Assembly: GCA_019057815.1 (NCBI GenBank)
Contig: JAHLWR010000015.1
Coordinates: forward strand, 25,248 to 89,247
Source: Candidatus Heimdallarchaeota archaeon
GTDB lineage: Archaea > Asgardarchaeota > Heimdallarchaeia > Heimdallarchaeales > Heimdallarchaeaceae
Direction of reading: 5' to 3'
Length of the DNA stretch: 64,000 bases
Shown in pieces: positions 1-9,053 of this stretch. A model generated the notes under the pieces. That model saw only the letters and a list, made by a program, of their open reading frames with translations, did no database searches and was not told where the DNA came from. The translations under genes and the position numbers were made by a program. The first letter of the stretch is position 1. Every line of letters starts with the position of its first letter.

Positions 1-857
1 GTATAAACGACTGCAATATCAAAAGCTTCAGCTAGTCGCATTAACATGTGTAAGAGCTTGTTCAGGTGTTTTTGTCTTACTGCTAGTTCACCCAAACCAC
101 CATATTCGGCTCTGAAGGGGTCCATTAGACTATCTATAATCATTAATTTAACGTTATTTTTTGGAATGATTGTTCCTGCTTCTTTAAGAGCTAGTTCGAT
201 TTGAGATAAGGTTCTAGTATTAGCAACCATGAATCTATCTGTCTTAACATTCTTAATGTTGTGAGTGTATTCGTAGTAGCTTATTATCTGCTTGAATCTT
301 TGAGTGTTGAAAGATCCTTCAGTGTCAAGCCATATAACTCCTGCTTCTAACCCCCCAAATTCTGTGGGAAGCATGCAATTCGCGCTAATTGTATAACATA
401 TTTGCGTTTTTCCAGATTGTGGAGATCCGTATAATTCTACAAAAGTCCCTGTGGGTATTCCACCACCTATTAATTCATCGAGCTCTGATGATCCTGTCAT
501 TATTTTCTTTCTTTTAACTTCTATTTGTTCCCTCTCATCTAAAGAGAGAAAGAGTTTTCCTTGATTAGATTCAACCTCTTCTAAAAGTAATTTAGCTGTA
601 TTTTCGCTTACTCCTGGTAATTCCATCAGTTGTTTCAAAGTATGTGCTTTGATCCCTCTAGGATCTGTAATTCCTTGAGTACCCAAAACTTTGTGTAATC
701 TCTTCTTCATTACTTCAGAAATACCCTTGATACTGGCTAGAAAATCCATTAAATCGTCTTGAGGTTTGGATGTAGATGTTTTCTTTTTCTTGGTTGTCTT
801 CTCTTTTGTAATAGATTCTTCTAATTCCATTTCGTCATTCTCTTCTTCTGCAGCCAT
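1..857 (-). CDS. RadA/Rad51-family recombinase paralog, 3' end runs off the window
   Basis: Not in the ORF track. Manual translation from ATG at 857: acidic/Lys-rich N-tail, HhH-like LMELPGVSENTA, TGSSELDELIGGGIPTG, Walker A YGSPQSGKTQ, GGLEAGVIWLDTEGSF, Walker B LMIIDS, FRAEYGGLGELAVRQKHL. Confidence 0.92.
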   Translation of the reverse strand, partial: MAAEEENDEMELEESITKEKTTKKKKTSTSKPQDDLMDFLASIKGISEVMKKRLHKVLGTQGITDPRGIKAHTLKQLMELPGVSENTAKLLLEEVESNQGKLFLSLDEREQIEVKRKKIMTGSSELDELIGGGIPTGTFVELYGSPQSGKTQICYTISANCMLPTEFGGLEAGVIWLDTEGSFNTQRFKQIISYYEYTHNIKNVKTDRFMVANTRTLSQIELALKEAGTIIPKNNVKLMIIDSLMDPFRAEYGGLGELAVRQKHLNKLLHMLMRLAEAFDIAVVY

Positions 858-910
858 GTCATCACTTCAATAATTTCTTTTTCTTGTTCAACTAATAATA
901 TCGAGTTTCA

Positions 911-927
911 TTTATAAAGGAGTAAAA
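911..927 (-). promoter_or_regulatory. TATA box with pyrimidine-rich upstream element, putative promoter of the RadA paralog
   Basis: Minus strand TTTTACTCC-TTTATAAA about 54 nt upstream of the ATG. Confidence 0.5.
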
Positions 928-1069
928 TTATCTGATATATTATATTAAGAATAAATGCTTAACATTCCTATGCTAATAGAAAAAGAGAGAAAAAAAAGGA
1001 ATTTCTTGTGTTTATTTATGTTTACAACCTGTATTTTTTCTGTTAAAGTGATACATTTATGATGAGTTT

Positions 1070-2480
1070 TTGTCCTGTTGTCTTATACGACAGACATAGG
1101 TGAGTGTATTTCGTAGAGGTCACAATATAGCGCACAGGAGATGGTCTATACTCACTCTAAGCGGATACATCACGTATCCTCCTACCCCGTTCACCTTACA
1201 TTTAGGTAAAGCTTTCGGATCGCTTTTTTTCAAGATATTGTAGGCAGCATTGACATCAGCGTTGATCAGATGACCATGAGAGGATCTAAACAAGCCTCGA
1301 GTTATCCGTTTTCCAGCATAGTGCTTCCTAGCTTCTGGGAATTCGTTATCAAGGAAACTACATTTAGAGGTATACTTTTCGGGGATGGTCTCCACGTTTA
1401 TCCCTCTCTCTGCTGCTTTGTAGCGTAAGATGTCGATGATTCGCATGAAGGGGATGGTGACAAACATTTGGGTTATCTTCTTCCAGAAATGCATCCCTTG
1501 TTTCCATTTCTTGTTGTAGCCGATAATCACCTCATGTAGCCCTCGTTCTACCCACAAGTCTACCAAGTAACAAGTGAGCTGGTGGATAGCTTCTTTAAGT
1601 TTCCTTCGCCACTTCTCCTTAAGCTTGTAGTAGGCTTGCCCATAACTGAGCCTAGTGTTTCCTTTCAGTAGCTGCCTTTGCTGTTGAGCATATTGGATCT
1701 GTAATTGTTTCTGTTTTTTCAAATAGAATTGTGTTATACTCTTTATTCCTTTCCCTGCATCCTTGATAACAATCGGTTGGTTTCCGAGGTTATCCACAAA
1801 GGTGGCAAGGTTGACCATCCCTAGATCTACTGCTCCTTTTCTGATCATCTTCTTCCTAAGATTAGGTATACTCTTCAAGTAAACGAGTTCAAGGGTATAG
1901 CCTACTCTTCGGGGAACGATTCGCACTTCTCTTAGCTTTGTGATGGAAGTCAATCGTGTTTTGTAATTGTATCCTACTTTCTTTGGAAGCACTAACCACT
2001 CGTTGACAATCCTTGCCTGCTGGTTGGTGAAAATAGCTACCACTTCCCCGTTCTTGGGTTTGTAATTCGGTGGCTTGGGCATAGCGAAGAACTGCTCAGG
2101 ATTGCTTTTCCACTCCTTTAACGCTTGAAAAAATCCTTTCCAGTTTCTGCACAGGAGTTTAAGTGTGTGTTGTGCGGTGTGCGCAGGAAGCATGCGGTAA
2201 CACTCTTCTTGCTTAAGTAGCTTATTCAAATCGTTATAGAACAGCAGTTTCTTCTCTTTGTTTAATGATCTTTTTATCAGAAAATTTGCTCGATTATAGA
2301 GATTCTTTACTTGATGACACAGTGTGCTTAATGCAGGATGATAGTTCACTTCTATACACTCCACTCTCAGAACTGTTGTCATCGCTTCTTTATCTAGATA
2401 TTCTTATAAAAACGCTCTTAATATTTGCGCTAAACCGTCCCATTAAACTTATTCATTTGTAGTTAAGAGGACACCAAGAC
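1070..2480 (-). mobile_element. Solo tnpB (IS1341-like) insertion element; boundaries approximate
   Basis: Visibly higher GC than flanks, no adjacent tnpA, imperfect hairpin TGTCCTGTTG..CGACAGACA at 1071-1096 just past the tnpB stop. Confidence 0.6.
1120..2382 (-). CDS. tnpB: TnpB RNA-guided endonuclease (IS200/IS605 superfamily)
   Basis: KNLYNRAN N-terminus, RuvC-I AVDLGMVNL, VIIGYNKKWKQ, EKYTSKCSFLD, GKRITRGLF, RuvC-III INADVNAAYNI. Confidence 0.95.
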   Translation of the reverse strand: MTTVLRVECIEVNYHPALSTLCHQVKNLYNRANFLIKRSLNKEKKLLFYNDLNKLLKQEECYRMLPAHTAQHTLKLLCRNWKGFFQALKEWKSNPEQFFAMPKPPNYKPKNGEVVAIFTNQQARIVNEWLVLPKKVGYNYKTRLTSITKLREVRIVPRRVGYTLELVYLKSIPNLRKKMIRKGAVDLGMVNLATFVDNLGNQPIVIKDAGKGIKSITQFYLKKQKQLQIQYAQQQRQLLKGNTRLSYGQAYYKLKEKWRRKLKEAIHQLTCYLVDLWVERGLHEVIIGYNKKWKQGMHFWKKITQMFVTIPFMRIIDILRYKAAERGINVETIPEKYTSKCSFLDNEFPEARKHYAGKRITRGLFRSSHGHLINADVNAAYNILKKSDPKALPKCKVNGVGGYVMYPLRVSIDHLLCAIL

Positions 2481-2530
2481 AAAAACCATTTATATTTAGG
2501 GCGTTTATTGTAATATAAAGGGATTAAAAG

Positions 2531-3373
2531 ATGAAAGCTCAAGAAGAATCAGATTCTGATTCAACCTCTCTTACTAGTGATTTCTTCGAAATAATTAATA
2601 ATCGAAGATCTATAAGAGATTTCACTGATAAACCTATTCCTGATGTAATATTAAAAAAAATCCTAACAGCAGGCACTAGAGCTACATATTCAGCACAGCT
2701 CTGTAGTATTATTTATACAAGTGATAAAGAGAAAATTCAAAAACTTCGTAAAATTGGTGTTTATCCAACAACTCAAACGTTATTAATCTTCCTTATAGAT
2801 ATTAGAAAACTAGAACGATTGTTATCCTTCTATGGTAGAAAACATACTCTTGACCGTGAAGTGAGCATTTGGTTAGGTCTACAAGATGTTTTTTTGGTAA
2901 TATCAAATATCCTTTTAGCAGCTGAAGCGCTTGGTTTATCTTCAATTTTGCTTGAAAGAATCCCTATTCATTCTAAACTTGTTTCTGAAACATTCAATAT
3001 TCCCTCACGGGTTATCCCAGCTGTTGGAATGTCCTTAGGTTACAGAGATCCATCAGTAAAAACAGAAATACGACCACGATACCCTCAAGAAACCGTTGTT
3101 TTTGAAGACACTTACAGGGACATCTCTGAATATGAAATGAATCACTTAATGGAAATCATGGACAGTGGTACATTCAAGAGAGAGTTTTACATCAAGGAAA
3201 GAGTAAAAGTACTCTTGAAACAAAAGAAAGGGGAGAGCGATTTTAGCCCATTTTCGTGGCTAGATCATGTTGAAAGGAAATTCTTCTCAAGTCATTGGAC
3301 CAAAATATCTATAGGCAAGATATTAAAGTATCTAGGTTTCAAATTTAAAAAAGAAGAAGATAAAGAGCAATGA
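2531..3373 (+). CDS. Nitroreductase family protein (NfsA/FRP-like)
   Basis: NRRSIRDFTDKPI, LLAAEALGLSS, GMSLGY, RPRYP. Confidence 0.88.
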   Translation: MKAQEESDSDSTSLTSDFFEIINNRRSIRDFTDKPIPDVILKKILTAGTRATYSAQLCSIIYTSDKEKIQKLRKIGVYPTTQTLLIFLIDIRKLERLLSFYGRKHTLDREVSIWLGLQDVFLVISNILLAAEALGLSSILLERIPIHSKLVSETFNIPSRVIPAVGMSLGYRDPSVKTEIRPRYPQETVVFEDTYRDISEYEMNHLMEIMDSGTFKREFYIKERVKVLLKQKKGESDFSPFSWLDHVERKFFSSHWTKISIGKILKYLGFKFKKEEDKEQ

Positions 3374-3598
3374 TAAAATTCTCTTGAAGAAGTAGTACCG
3401 CTCTTATTATTCTCGTGTAAGGAATTCTTGATCAGTTAGCACTCCATAAGCGAAATAGAGATTCTATTTTTTGTACTCTACAATATTGGATCAGAAGAAA
3501 AAGAGATAGAACAAAAAATATACGTTGTAGAAATCCCCTATGATTGGATCCTGTTCTAGCCAAAGAAGATTAAAATAATAGTTATCTAATATTATAGT

Positions 3599-4687
3599 AT
3601 GGAAATCTCCTTTCTTCCTTCTAAATACTTAATTAATTGCATTAGAAAATTAGAAGACATCAACAGATTAGAATCGAATTTCTTTCTAAGAGCGGTAAGA
3701 ATCAAAAATAATTCTGAAAAAACTATTCGACTAATTCAATATAGGTTTGATATTAAAAGAAACAATAAATGTGTAAAAACAATCATATACAATGAAGGGA
3801 CGATTAAAGAGAAATCTGAGGATGTAGAACAAATTCTTGAAAGATTAGATAACCCAGATGTAGCAAAAATATTCATGGGAGTAGAGGAGTTCTGGAAAAA
3901 AGAACTATATTCTTCAAATATTCTTGAACCCAATTATGAGACTGGATTCAGATTAGAACATTTTACACATATGGATATGGATCCCGTAAATCAGCTGGTT
4001 TTGACAGTAACATATGTTGAAGAGGAAGAGGAAAAAAAGGAAGTCTGTACTATCCCTCTAGTTCAATATAAAAATGAAAATCAATACACATTTCCACTCA
4101 AAGGTGCGTGGATTGCTATTAATACATTTGATAATCTATACGAGCATAGAAGAATGCATTCACAAGAGTTTGGCTTTGATCTAGGACAATTAGATGAGAA
4201 CATGGTTTTCATTCCTCCAAAAGGAAACAAAAATGAATTCTTCTGTTTCCATAGGAAAGAAGTCATAGCTATAGCTGATGGAGAAGTTGTAGAAACTTTC
4301 AATGAAATACCTGAAAATCCTTCAGCAAGTGAACTATTACCTAAAGAAAAGATGGGAGAAATAATCAATAAGTATGGATACATACCTCTAGCTGCTGGGA
4401 ATTTTGTTGTTGTGAGACACTCAGGAAATGAATGCTCCTTTTATGCTCACTTAATACCAAATAGCATAAAAGTGAAAAAAGGAGAAAAAATCAGACAAGG
4501 ACAGGTTCTAGGTCTTTTAGGAAACTCAGGGAGTTCTTCAGCACCCCATCTTCATTTCCAACTAATGCAAGGTTATGACTTCTTGACGGCTAGAGGATTA
4601 CCATGTTACTTCACAAATATAACTGATATCGAAGGAAATAAAATAGAAATAATAGACAAGAATTTTTCAGTAATTTATGCAGATTAA
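3599..4687 (+). CDS. M23 family metallopeptidase domain protein
   Basis: AIADGEVV, GNFVVVRH, FYAHL, VKKGEKIRQGQVLGLLGNSGSSSAPHLHF. Confidence 0.9.
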   Translation: MEISFLPSKYLINCIRKLEDINRLESNFFLRAVRIKNNSEKTIRLIQYRFDIKRNNKCVKTIIYNEGTIKEKSEDVEQILERLDNPDVAKIFMGVEEFWKKELYSSNILEPNYETGFRLEHFTHMDMDPVNQLVLTVTYVEEEEEKKEVCTIPLVQYKNENQYTFPLKGAWIAINTFDNLYEHRRMHSQEFGFDLGQLDENMVFIPPKGNKNEFFCFHRKEVIAIADGEVVETFNEIPENPSASELLPKEKMGEIINKYGYIPLAAGNFVVVRHSGNECSFYAHLIPNSIKVKKGEKIRQGQVLGLLGNSGSSSAPHLHFQLMQGYDFLTARGLPCYFTNITDIEGNKIEIIDKNFSVIYAD

Positions 4688-4857
4688 ATTCCTCTTAGTC
4701 TTCTCTCTTTTAGTAGTGTAATCATTTCTGATGCAATTTTCTCAAACATTGGAAGATTCTATAATTCTTGGTGGAAGCAGCTGTTTTATTGTTCCCTAGA
4801 AATATTCCGAAATATTTACATACCAATAGAATACTTTCATGATGAATATCAACAAAA

Positions 4858-6726
4858 TTGGTGAAAAGTCTGAAAAAGGATTTTTTCTCAAAATTATGGA
4901 AGAAGGGTCAAATCTCTTATTTAACAGATGAGGAATTAAATGAATTAATCCAATTATTAGAAACAGGTAATTTTGATAAAGGGCTCTCTTTAATTCGGCA
5001 AATAGATCGAAGGAGATACCTAGATATTGATGGTAGAGCAATTACTTATGCATTTAAACTTTTTATATTATTCTTTAGGGGGGAACTCGAAGAAGACGAT
5101 ATGTTACTTGTTGCTGATGAATTAAAGGAACTAGAAAAACAAGTAAAAACCTTACGAGGAAAAATCTTTGGGAAGCTTATGTATACAAGGGTTTTGGTGT
5201 ATGCTAAACGTGAGGAAAAACATATTAAAACCTTAAATGAACAGTTGGAAAAAATAGAGAAAAGCCAAACTGTTATAGATTCATATTTTCGAGATTGGGT
5301 TTTAATGAGTATAATTGTTACTCTAGGCATGATTTATGTGAATGATGGAGAGTACGATTCTGCTCTTAATTGTGTTTCAGAATCTACTGCTCTAAATGAT
5401 AAACATAATTGGAAAACTAGGCAAGTAGATGTTTTAGAAACTACAGGCATCTGCTACTACTTACAAGATGAATTGGAACTAGCAATTGTGAAATATCAAG
5501 AAGCAATCAATCTTGCAAAAGAAATAGGATATACTCTAGGAATGTTTACTAATGAAAATAACTTGATAGCGTGTTTTTGCGAAAAAGGTGATTTTCAAAG
5601 AGCGTTGAAGTTAGCTAAAATTTTATATAACAAAGCTCAAGAAACAAGATTTACCCATATAATTGGGTTTTCGTTGTTCAGTATTGTTCAATCACTATTA
5701 GAACTTGCCTTAGATGATCAAATAAAACCGTATTTAGATGAATTAGAGGAGTTAGCAACAACCTTTCCTCAAAATAATATTGTAAATTACTCTGCGCAAT
5801 ATTCAAAAGCCTTGGTTCTAAAATCAAGTAAACATTTCGCAGATCGAATCAAAGCTGAAACATTATTCACACAATTATTAATTGATACTCCTGGTGCTGT
5901 GATTTACCCAAAAATAGTTTTTCATTTAGCTGAACTCACTCTTAAGGAATTACAAACTACAAATAACGAAGAATTATTAGTGGAGTTCGAACAGAAAGTG
6001 GATTTATTGAAAGAAAAAGCTTCGCAATTTAGATCTCATTCTATGATCGCAGAGACTTATCTTCTAGAATCTAAGCTAGCTTTAATTAAAACTAACCTTA
6101 AAGAATCGCAGCAAAAGCTTGATCAAGCATTAAAATTAGCAAGAGAGAAGAATTTACATAGAATGGTATTTAAGGTCTCTAAAGCCTATGATAAGTTTTT
6201 AGATGAAAAAAATATTTGGGAAAAATTGATAACTAAAAAAGCTCCCCTTAAAGAGAGACTAGACAATGCTCAATTAGATAAACTGATTGATCAAGCGATT
6301 CATCGAAGGTTAGCAAAAATCGAAGAAGTTCCTCTAGAAGAATCAGTCTACCTTTTTATTCTAAGTGATGGAGGTTTGACAGTTTATTCTTACGATTTCC
6401 AAGAAGAAAAAGTTATAGACGAGCAACTTGTAGGCGGGTTCCTTTCCGCTATTAACACTTTTTGTCAAGAAATGTTCTCAACTAAAGGTTATCTTGAAAG
6501 AGTGAAATACCAAGACTATACCATCCTTCTTGAACCTATTGAAGAATCTTTCATCTGCAGTTATGTTATAAAAGGCGATTCTTATCTTGCTAGCAAACGC
6601 TTGATTAAGCTTATTGATGAAATTACAGAATCTCCTCTTTATGCAGATTTTGAAGAGATAAAGACGACAGGATTGGTAAAGCTCGACTATGATAAAATGA
6701 AAGATATGATTATAGAGATCTTTTAA
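4858..6726 (+). CDS. TPR protein with C-terminal longin/roadblock-like domain (Asgard-type)
   Basis: TPR-like helices (LGMIYVNDGEYDSAL, TGICYYLQDELELA); C-terminal YLFILSDGGLTVYSYDF..EQLVGGFLSAINTF. Confidence 0.75.
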   Translation: MVKSLKKDFFSKLWKKGQISYLTDEELNELIQLLETGNFDKGLSLIRQIDRRRYLDIDGRAITYAFKLFILFFRGELEEDDMLLVADELKELEKQVKTLRGKIFGKLMYTRVLVYAKREEKHIKTLNEQLEKIEKSQTVIDSYFRDWVLMSIIVTLGMIYVNDGEYDSALNCVSESTALNDKHNWKTRQVDVLETTGICYYLQDELELAIVKYQEAINLAKEIGYTLGMFTNENNLIACFCEKGDFQRALKLAKILYNKAQETRFTHIIGFSLFSIVQSLLELALDDQIKPYLDELEELATTFPQNNIVNYSAQYSKALVLKSSKHFADRIKAETLFTQLLIDTPGAVIYPKIVFHLAELTLKELQTTNNEELLVEFEQKVDLLKEKASQFRSHSMIAETYLLESKLALIKTNLKESQQKLDQALKLAREKNLHRMVFKVSKAYDKFLDEKNIWEKLITKKAPLKERLDNAQLDKLIDQAIHRRLAKIEEVPLEESVYLFILSDGGLTVYSYDFQEEKVIDEQLVGGFLSAINTFCQEMFSTKGYLERVKYQDYTILLEPIEESFICSYVIKGDSYLASKRLIKLIDEITESPLYADFEEIKTTGLVKLDYDKMKDMIIEIF

Positions 6727-6849
6727 CTTTTTAATTTCTTAATCTAGTCAATTTTCCTTAATAACTGATTAAGTTAATATATGAGCTAACCTGTTTTGTC
6801 TTGTTTTGTTACAAATTCTTCTATTGAGGCTAGAGAGAAATTTTCTTTA

Positions 6850-7440
6850 TTATTCCATTTTCTCTTCTTTTTTTGAAACTTCCCTTTTCATAAAATCTTC
6901 TATTTCTATTATGAAACTATCGAGTTGTTTTGAAATATTCATCTTTTTTGATTTTTCTTTTAAGAATTCTATATCCATTCTTTCTTTATTACGAATGAAA
7001 ACCGCTAAAGCATCTTCATAATCTTGCTCTGAACCAAATTTAAGTTTAAAAAGCACGATATTTACCGGATTATCAATTTTCAGTTTTATATCATTATAGA
7101 TTCCTTCAATGGCCATATCAATACTTTCTTGTTCTAGATTTGAATAGACTCCTTTAATATCTATTCTAAACATTCCTTCTCTGTAAAAGAACGTACAATG
7201 TGATTTTTCATCCAAGCCTTCTAGATCATTTAATGAAGCATCGAAATTATTTTTTCCGAGAAAATTTACAAAATCTTCTCTATCAAGTTTAGTATGGTCT
7301 AAGATAATATCAATATCCATAGTAAAGCGTGCTCTCCCCAAAACTAATACAGAAACTCCTCCAACAATAACGTAGGGTATCTGTTTAGAATTAAAGTATT
7401 TCACTAGTCTTTTCAAACTCTCTGAAATTGGATCGTTCAT
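6850..7440 (-). CDS. Nucleotidyltransferase-family protein (DUF6036-like)
   Basis: YVIVGGVSVLVLGRARFTMDIDII; KLKFGSEQDYED. Confidence 0.8.
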   Translation of the reverse strand: MNDPISESLKRLVKYFNSKQIPYVIVGGVSVLVLGRARFTMDIDIILDHTKLDREDFVNFLGKNNFDASLNDLEGLDEKSHCTFFYREGMFRIDIKGVYSNLEQESIDMAIEGIYNDIKLKIDNPVNIVLFKLKFGSEQDYEDALAVFIRNKERMDIEFLKEKSKKMNISKQLDSFIIEIEDFMKREVSKKEEKME

Positions 7441-7682
7441 TTCTCGTCCTCTTTAGTATCGATGATTTTAGTCTTTTGTAAAGACAAAGCAAATTTTATG
7501 AAATTTGATGCTTCTTTGGAAAGCTCTTGTTCAGTAAAACTTCTAGCCCTAAAAGCAGCTCTCATTACGTCTCTTCTCCGCTCTTTAATTCTTTCCAAAT
7601 TTGGTTCAAGCAAAGGCATTCTATCTATATAATTTGAATTTGGTTTAAAAAGTATATTCCTTTTCTCAATAAACCAACTCAT
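7437..7682 (-). CDS. Small partner protein of the nucleotidyltransferase (start may be 7619)
   Basis: 4-nt stop/start overlap with the NTase, typical two-gene module. Confidence 0.6.
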   Translation of the reverse strand: MSWFIEKRNILFKPNSNYIDRMPLLEPNLERIKERRRDVMRAAFRARSFTEQELSKEASNFIKFALSLQKTKIIDTKEDEK

Positions 7683-7748
7683 GTTTTCAATTCAATCATA
7701 GAAAACAAATAAATATTAGATAGTTTTAATGATTTGTTAAAATCATAG

Positions 7749-9053
7749 ATGATTATAATGAATGAAATACTGATAGGTTTTCTCACTGGATTTGCTCCTG
7801 GTCTAATCCCGATAGTATTTTGGTTTTACAAACTAATTGCTAAATTTATCAAATTTAGACCTTATCGTGATATATGGAAGGATTTTGATTCTAAAAATAC
7901 AGTTATTTTACTTACAAGTCATGAACAAGGTCATTCACTAAAAATAAGTTTCAATGAATATGAAGCTGCACAGCAAATACAAAAGTTACTAAATGTTCCT
8001 CTAGAATCTATTCCTTCTATGATTCATACTGATCAAGATCTTATTGATTATTCAGATAAGAATATAATTGTTTTAGGTTCTGAACATGTAAATGAATTAA
8101 CGAGATTGTGTATGGAAACTATCTCAGGAATAATGAATTATTCATACACTGTTGATAACGATTTGATTGTAAACAATCGAGTCTACGAAAGCGAATATAA
8201 AAACGATATTCTAGTCAAAGACTATGCCCTTGTAATCAAAATGGATAGTCCCTTAAACCCAAAACGAAAAATGTTTGTTTTCGCTGGAAATCATGGATTA
8301 GGTACGCAAGCAGCTGTCTTAGCTTTAATCAACAAGATTAAAGTTGAAGAAGTTATTAAGGAAGTTGGAAATTCTAATTTCTATCTAATAGTCGAAAGTT
8401 CATTTGCACAACGTTTTTCAAAAAAACCCCTGGAAACTAGAATAGACCACTGCGTTCTTCTAGGAAGATTAGAAAAAAGTGCTTCAAAATCTATTACAGT
8501 TAAAAGAAGTGAAAGAGTTAAGGATTTCTTGTTACATCTGGGTGCTAAAAAACAGCTTATTGATCATTTAGAGCTTACTTCAAAAATTGCTCTTTCAATA
8601 GGAAGAATTGTTGAAAAACGGGGGAAGAATCTGGATTTAAATGCTATATATTTTGGTGCAATGTTTCACGATGTTGGAAGAGTAAGAACACAAGAAATAG
8701 ATCATGGTATTGAGGGGGCTAATTTGATAGAAGAAAATAGAGATGAACTTGTCCGTCAATACAACTTGATGCCTCATACTTTTATAAAGATAATTGAAGC
8801 TATTGAATGTCATATTGTTGGTGGTATTCCAAGTCGATGGATAACGGAAAGTTCATTAAATCTCCCTGAAAGAGATTTCATACCAAAGTCTATTGAAGCA
8901 AAAATTGTATCCATTAGTGATCAATTAACACATAAAAGAGATGTAACACAGATGGTTTTCAGGGAGGATCCAACAAGAGACAAAGAAGTTTTTGCAAATC
9001 TCTATAACCTTTGTAGAGATATACTACAGCTTCCTTTTGCTTCAACTATCTAG
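7749..9053 (+). CDS. N-terminal TM helix + alpha/beta domain + C-terminal HD phosphohydrolase
   Basis: Hydrophobic N-terminus; IIVLGSEHVN..DYALVIK..FAGNHGLGTQAA domain; HD motifs H..MFHDVGR..DHGIEG..ECHIVGGI..AKIVSISD. Confidence 0.75.
   Translation: MIIMNEILIGFLTGFAPGLIPIVFWFYKLIAKFIKFRPYRDIWKDFDSKNTVILLTSHEQGHSLKISFNEYEAAQQIQKLLNVPLESIPSMIHTDQDLIDYSDKNIIVLGSEHVNELTRLCMETISGIMNYSYTVDNDLIVNNRVYESEYKNDILVKDYALVIKMDSPLNPKRKMFVFAGNHGLGTQAAVLALINKIKVEEVIKEVGNSNFYLIVESSFAQRFSKKPLETRIDHCVLLGRLEKSASKSITVKRSERVKDFLLHLGAKKQLIDHLELTSKIALSIGRIVEKRGKNLDLNAIYFGAMFHDVGRVRTQEIDHGIEGANLIEENRDELVRQYNLMPHTFIKIIEAIECHIVGGIPSRWITESSLNLPERDFIPKSIEAKIVSISDQLTHKRDVTQMVFREDPTRDKEVFANLYNLCRDILQLPFASTI

Noticed and set aside
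3374-3598. Possible gene remnant between the nitroreductase and M23 genes
   Set aside because: Interrupted by stops and no recognisable motif
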